Assembly: GCF_040938485.1 (NCBI RefSeq)
Contig: NW_027271603.1
Span: 62,001 to 126,000, forward strand
Direction: 5' to 3'
Length of the DNA: 64,000 nucleotides
DNA from: Diadema antillarum
Lineage: Eukaryota
The notes under the pieces: generated by a model
The model's database searches: none
The model's input: the letters and a program-made list of their open reading frames with translations, nothing else
What the model was told of the DNA's origin: nothing
Shown: positions 29,001 to 35,000 of the stretch, piece by piece
How positions within the stretch are numbered: position 1 is the stretch's first letter
How the letters are laid out: every line of letters begins with the position of its first letter
Translations under genes and position numbers: made by a program

Positions 29001-32000
29001 TGAGTATTGAGAATGAAACCAAGAAATTGTATTTCTTGAGTGGGGCATAGTACTGATTTTTCTGGGTGTACCAAGAACCCAAGTTGTGCAAGGATGCTAG
29101 TGGTTTCAAAAACCGTTTGCAATGTTTGATTCTCACTTTCTCCAATAATGAGTACATCGTCAAGGTATCCAATTACTACATGCTCTTGCTCTCTCAGTAA
29201 TGTAAATACAGGTTCCAGTAGTTTAGTGAATAACCTTGGCGCCGTGCTCAGGCCATTAGGCAGTACTTTGAATTGCCAAAGTTGATTTTTCCAGGAGAAC
29301 CTTAAGAACTTCCTGTGTGTTGGGTGCACAGGTACTGTATAGTACGCGTCCCGAAGGTCGACTGAAGCTAAGAAGCTATTTTCTGAAATGAGTTCAATAG
29401 CAGTATGGATATTTTCCATCTTAAAATGCTGGTACTGGAGATATTTGTTGAGATCAGACAGGTCTAGGATAACGCGTGTACCCCCGTCTTTTTTAGGCCG
29501 TGTAAAAATATTAGACACGAATTCTCCAGTTTCCATCTGGCACGGTTCGATTACTCCCTTGTCATGGAGTTTAGAAATTTCAAGATCAATATCAGCCTCT
29601 TCGGCTTTATTACACCGAAAAAGGTAAGGGGGTTTAGTTCTAGATGGTGCACCCATCTGTTTACTGAATTCAAGCCTGTAGCCACTTACAGCATTTAGCA
29701 CATGTGGGTCTGAAGTAATTTTGCGCCACTTTGGGAGGAATTGCTTCAGTCGACCTCCTACCATAGGTTCTACATTATTATGACATAGCTTTGCATAATC
29801 ACTAGAATCAGATGTCATGTTTACCTCGTCAGTTGAACTGGAGGTTATCGTGCTCTCTTCATCCCTGAGCCCTGCTTGCTGCCGCAGTGCGGTTGGTGCT
29901 GGCTGGGATGTGTGAAGGTGTGGGGAGCCGACGGCTTCCCCCTCCCCTTGGGGCGCTGGCCTAAAAAAGCATGGCTGGTAGCTCCAGTCCACGGTCCTTT
30001 TGCACCTGTAGGCCTAGTAACATCACTTGTACTTGCACGAGAAGTAGTCCAGCCCGCGTCGCGGTACTGTTGGGGCAAATTTGAGCTTCCTGATGTAATC
30101 TTGCTCCTGCCCTTGCCATATGCACTCCTGCCATAGTCATATGGGCTGAAACGCTGCTTTTTGTATTGTCTGCTATGCTCACTCCTGAGGACACCCTCAG
30201 TTGCTTTTTGTTCATCTCTTATGTCTTTCATTTGCCTTCCCAGGTCGTCACCAAAAAGGAATTTGGAGACCGGGGTAGAGGGCTTGCAGAGATGCTGGAA
30301 TTGATAACCAATGTCTGGTTTCATGAATTCCTTACGCAAGGAATTTAGCTCGAAATTCGCACTGCACAGAAGTGCTAGTGCATCTTGTTGCTGTTCAGTG
30401 ATATCCTGTGCCGACACTGTATGTATGTAGGCATTGATGCCTCTCGTGAGATTCTTTTGGAGTCTCTGAAATTTGAGGTCTCGTGTCTTTGAAAAGGCAG
30501 GTAGCCCATTCCAGATTCTTTGGTTGACTTTCGGCACATCCACCAGCTCACAGTTGCTGGGAATGGGGTATTTAGTGATCGTTTCATCTACCACTTTGGG
30601 CTCGAGCTGGTGGGTCAGAAGGTAGGCTGTAGACTTAGCAATTTCTGGGTCAATGGGGGGACCAACTTCCTCAGCCACAGCAAATTTGGCTGCAATGTTT
30701 GGCACTTTCTCCACTACAGAAGGGGGAACTTCGCCTTCTTCAATATCAAATTTGTCATCACGACTATCCCCTTGACCTGGTTGGATAATCACAGAGTTTT
30801 CATCCATATCTCGGCCCAGAAATGGTGCCGCATATTCATCATCATAATGGCAGTCAGTATCTGCCGAGTCTGAAGGGGAGTATTCAGAACGAGTCCTGAT
30901 ACTCTTTCCATTGCCACCGCCTTCACGGGCTGGTGTCTGCTTTGCCGACTGTGCCTCCACAAATTGAACAACCACAGCTAATTGGCCTTCAAGCTTGCCG
31001 AGTCTATCTTCCAAAGTTGAAACTTTAGAGGCCAGTTTGGCAGGTGGTTTCACTGTTTTGTTTGCACCGGTACTACCGCTAGGGTTAGCACTGCTTGTTG
31101 TAGTAGTACTATTACTAGTACCTGCCTTGCCGGCTCTAGTAGGCGTTTTACCTTTGGCTGTCGCAGTTTTCTGCTTGCACTCTTGTGCGTGCTGGTCTCC
31201 GCGACCCCCGCCGGTGGCTGCCGGGGACGCGACTGCTGTCAGCAGCGGTGGTGCGGCTGCGCCGCCCACGTTTGGAACGTTGGTCGAAGACATAAATTCC
31301 GTTGCTGTTCAGCTGAAGAATGATCGTTAAAACCAGAAAAAACCTGGCAAAACCTCCCGTAGAGGTAACTTTCGCTATTACGTCGATCCAACTTTAACGA
31401 AAACTTGAATATTCAAGTGCAATTCCGGCGAATTTTCCGAGCACAGAAATTCGCGTGTTAGCAAGATGGCGGCGACTAACGAATTGAGTGGCGCGCGCAC
31501 TAGCGGGATCTCATATATGACGTAATCTCTCACGAAATTACGATATAAAATAACAGATTGTTGCTTTAAATTTTGGAAATGATTAATGGTATTAATCCGC
31601 TCAGTTAGATGCTAAAACAAATAGCGGATGTTTGCTTTCACGTTTGGAAATGGATTAGGATAGTATTCAGCTCCGTAAGATTCTAAAATGAATGTCGGTT
31701 GTTTGCTTTTACATTTAAAAATGAATAACGGTAACCTTCGGCTTTTTACAATGCTAAAACAAATGTCGGATGCTAACAAATGTCAGCAAATGCTCCCATT
31801 TTCTCATTTCAAACGTAAGTTTTGACCTCCTCAATATATGGCCATCAACTTTTATAATAATATCTATGCCTATTTGTCAAATCTTTAAACACAGAGTAAG
31901 ATGATTGAATTTTCTATTCATTTGTTTTAGACATGGACATCTGTATCACTTCAATAATGCTTAATATTAATTTGTCTATGTTTAGAAGGACCGATTTAGT

Positions 32001-35000
32001 TTTTCTAATATGTTTCCAGATTTTTTTTTTGTCACCAGATTTTACTTTCGACCACCAGAAAATAAAAATCAATGATATTGGTGGCCCGATAAAACTTAGT
32101 GCGGAGCCCTGTGTATTCTATTCTTCATTGTGATCGGCCTATACTTCCAGATTTTCATAATCGCATTGCTGGGGAAAAAAAAAAGTTTCAGTGCTTGCGT
32201 TCTCGGGGAAGTAAACTTCGTGAAAGGCAAAAAAAAAAAAATAGTTAAAAAAAAGGCACTACGAGGTAGATTGATGTTGTGACAGTGTACGTGATTAATG
32301 GCAGAGATATAACTGTCAACGTAAGCAGGTGCGCCCCGACGGTTGAGAAATCTACGCGCACGGTATGACTGTCTCGATCAAAAATCAAAACACAGTGGTT
32401 AAAGAAAAGTAAATGATGGGGCAGCGCGTAGTGCTATCATAAAGCACTCCATTGGCACAGATGCTATGTGCATACCATGTACGTTTTGTACGTGTGTTGG
32501 TAGGTGTTGGGGATTTTCCTTGTCAGCTGTGTATCGGGTATTTCTTCTTGGGCGCGCGATTGTTCTGGTCTCAGAATATTTACAATCGAGTGTGAAAACA
32601 TGTGACATGTCTTCGCTGTCCACGCGCGCTTAATCGGAGATGCTGAGTGATGTTTACAATTTCGATTCGAGCAACATGCTGGGAAAAACAATAAGTTAAT
32701 TAAGATCGGGACATTAGATTTCCCTTCGAGGTAACCGAATTTCGAGTTATCTTTTTCGAGCTACGCAAATTTTAATACACGGAAACTCCATAGGAACAAT
32801 CGGGACTTTCATTTCGCCCCCGAGGTAAGTGATATTCGGCTTATCCGACGTCGAGGTATCCGAGTTTGACTGTACATGCATTATCTGTGTTCTTATGTGT
32901 GAATAAATGTGACATTTGTTGTTTACAGTCGGGAACATCCTGTTCTAGATGTTGGAGAATTTCAAAAGATTCACAACTTGATTCGAACGGCTTCTCTGAA
33001 GATGTTTGGCTGTAACTACAACTTCTAGCATGGCTTTAACAAGTGATGGTCTGGACCATTTTTTTCTTTGTACCCAGGAATCCTGCATGGGACAGGCCTG
33101 GCTGAGAAGCTAAGCCCACTAGGAGACCCCCGCAGTCATACTAAGAGTGACGCAGCCAACTCAAGGCTCAAATACGCATGGTGAGATCAGCTTGGCTCCA
33201 AGTTTGTGTAGAATGTTTATATGTCTTTTAAACTATCTTCAGTGAATAACAATTCTCTCATAGCTCTTTATGTGCCACTGCAAACCCCCATTATGCCATA
33301 CTGTTCTGAGATTGCAACACATGAGAGTTTTTGGAATATATAATTTTTTCTCAAAGTGTTTCTGCTAGGAATGCCGTACAACAAAGTTGTAGATAAAGTT
33401 GCAAGCTTTACTGTGATGTAAGTTTTATGACAAAGCTACCTCTATTTTCAATTTTCCATGTAAATGGCTGGTATTCAAAACGTCGATCGCCTTGAGCACA
33501 GTTGGGAGTTTAAGCAAAATATGCAAAGTTAGCAAGCCATTGACTGAATTGGGCATGCAAACATGGCACACAAAGAGATTTAGGGATATGTTTATGTATG
33601 ATATGTACAGTTCGACCTCGATTATCCGGCCATGTCGGGACCGGCGCTCATCCGGATAAGCGAATTGGCCGGATATGGGAGACACAATGTTAATGTATAT
33701 AGCTGCCGTCCAAGCTGCCGTCCCAGTGCACTGGCAGCTAGGCAGGTAGCATACCCCGCAACGGTGGTGTAATCTATGCTAGCCTGCGCAAAATTGTAGT
33801 CCCTTCTTCACAAAAATAAAGTATATCTTTATGTGAAAATCATACATGTTTTACCTCATTAGATATTGAGAAACCTATCATGCACATCTTATGAAATTAG
33901 TGAAATAGATCCATGAAAAATGTTAAAGTCACTGTTTTTTCTCAATTTTTGGATGAAAAAAAAAAGTCCTTCATTGCGTGAACGCGTCCGGATGATAAAG
34001 ATTTCTGGATAAAAGGAGGCTGGATAATCGAGGTCGAACTGTATATACAATATTACAAAATGTATGACGTTATACTGCTTTTGAGTAACTCTTGTATCTC
34101 TAGAAGAATAAGAATTCACTGTCTGATCTTTGGCACTTGTTCACAGTAAATTCCACATGACTTTTACTGCTTTTAGGTAACACCATATCTATGGAGGAAT
34201 CAGAATTCCAGTAAATGCCACTGGTTACAATAAACTATTTGTGCTAAGCAGGCCCATTCATGCTTGCATTTGACTTCCAATATACTCAACAAGAGATGAA
34301 CTGCCTTGGACTATACAACTATCTAAATAAAGTCAATGATTCCACATTGACATCATTGATGGTTACTTGTTCAATTGCAACATTTCACCAAACCATCACA
34401 ATGTAGCCCAAGGTATTGCCTGAGATTTTCACAAATCTTGTCTAAACCGTATGCACCAGTGATGACCATCACTGCCGTTATAGTGTTGAGTCTCCCATCT
34501 ACTATAAGGGGGCAAGAAAGCAGGAAGGCTAGTCTTTTGTTACTTGGCATAACCTTCCATTGGGTGTTCAATATTCAGCAACTCTATATGTATTTGTATA
34601 TATATATCCCTCACTTATATCTTGTCCTCTGACTGGTTGAGGGCATTGAAAGTAACAAAACATATTTCCACCATGAAAATCCTCGTCCCATCTGAGTCCA
34701 ACTATTTCCCTAGGGAAATAATACCAGGTAGTTAAAAAAAAAATTATCCCGCTGGCGATATGCAAAACGTACCACTAATACATCAGAGGTGCATATTGTA
34801 GTATGGTATATAAGACGATATCATATCCCCCTCATTGCATTGACATGAATACAGTATGGTTTTTCCACCAATACAGTGTCTTTGCTTCACAAGAAGACAG
34901 GTTAGGTTTTCAATCTACAAATGAATGGGTATTGCACACTGCATACCATGCATACACTTATACATGTAATTTTGTGCATAGAAGAAATGAACTTGGATTA

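Larger units (their letters stand above)
26423..31550 (-). mobile_element. Full-length DIRS1-group tyrosine-recombinase retrotransposon (5,128 bp)
   Basis: gag-RT/RH-MT-YR ORFs on the - strand; identical 47-bp ITRs (26,490-26,536 / 31,483-31,529); ICR at 26,621-26,738 complementary to both termini; AAA/TTT at both ends. Confidence 0.97.
24922..32872. mobile_element. Non-autonomous Tc1/mariner (pogo/Tigger-like) TIR element hosting the minisatellite and DIRS
   Basis: TA|CAGTCAAACTCGGATACCTCGA (24,922-24,943) and its perfect reverse complement at 32,851-32,872|TA. No transposase ORF in the ~2.8 kb of non-DIRS interior. Confidence 0.85.

Noticed and set aside
26836-31330. + strand ORFs overlapping the DIRS genes
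   Set aside because: Antisense shadows of the DIRS ORFs.
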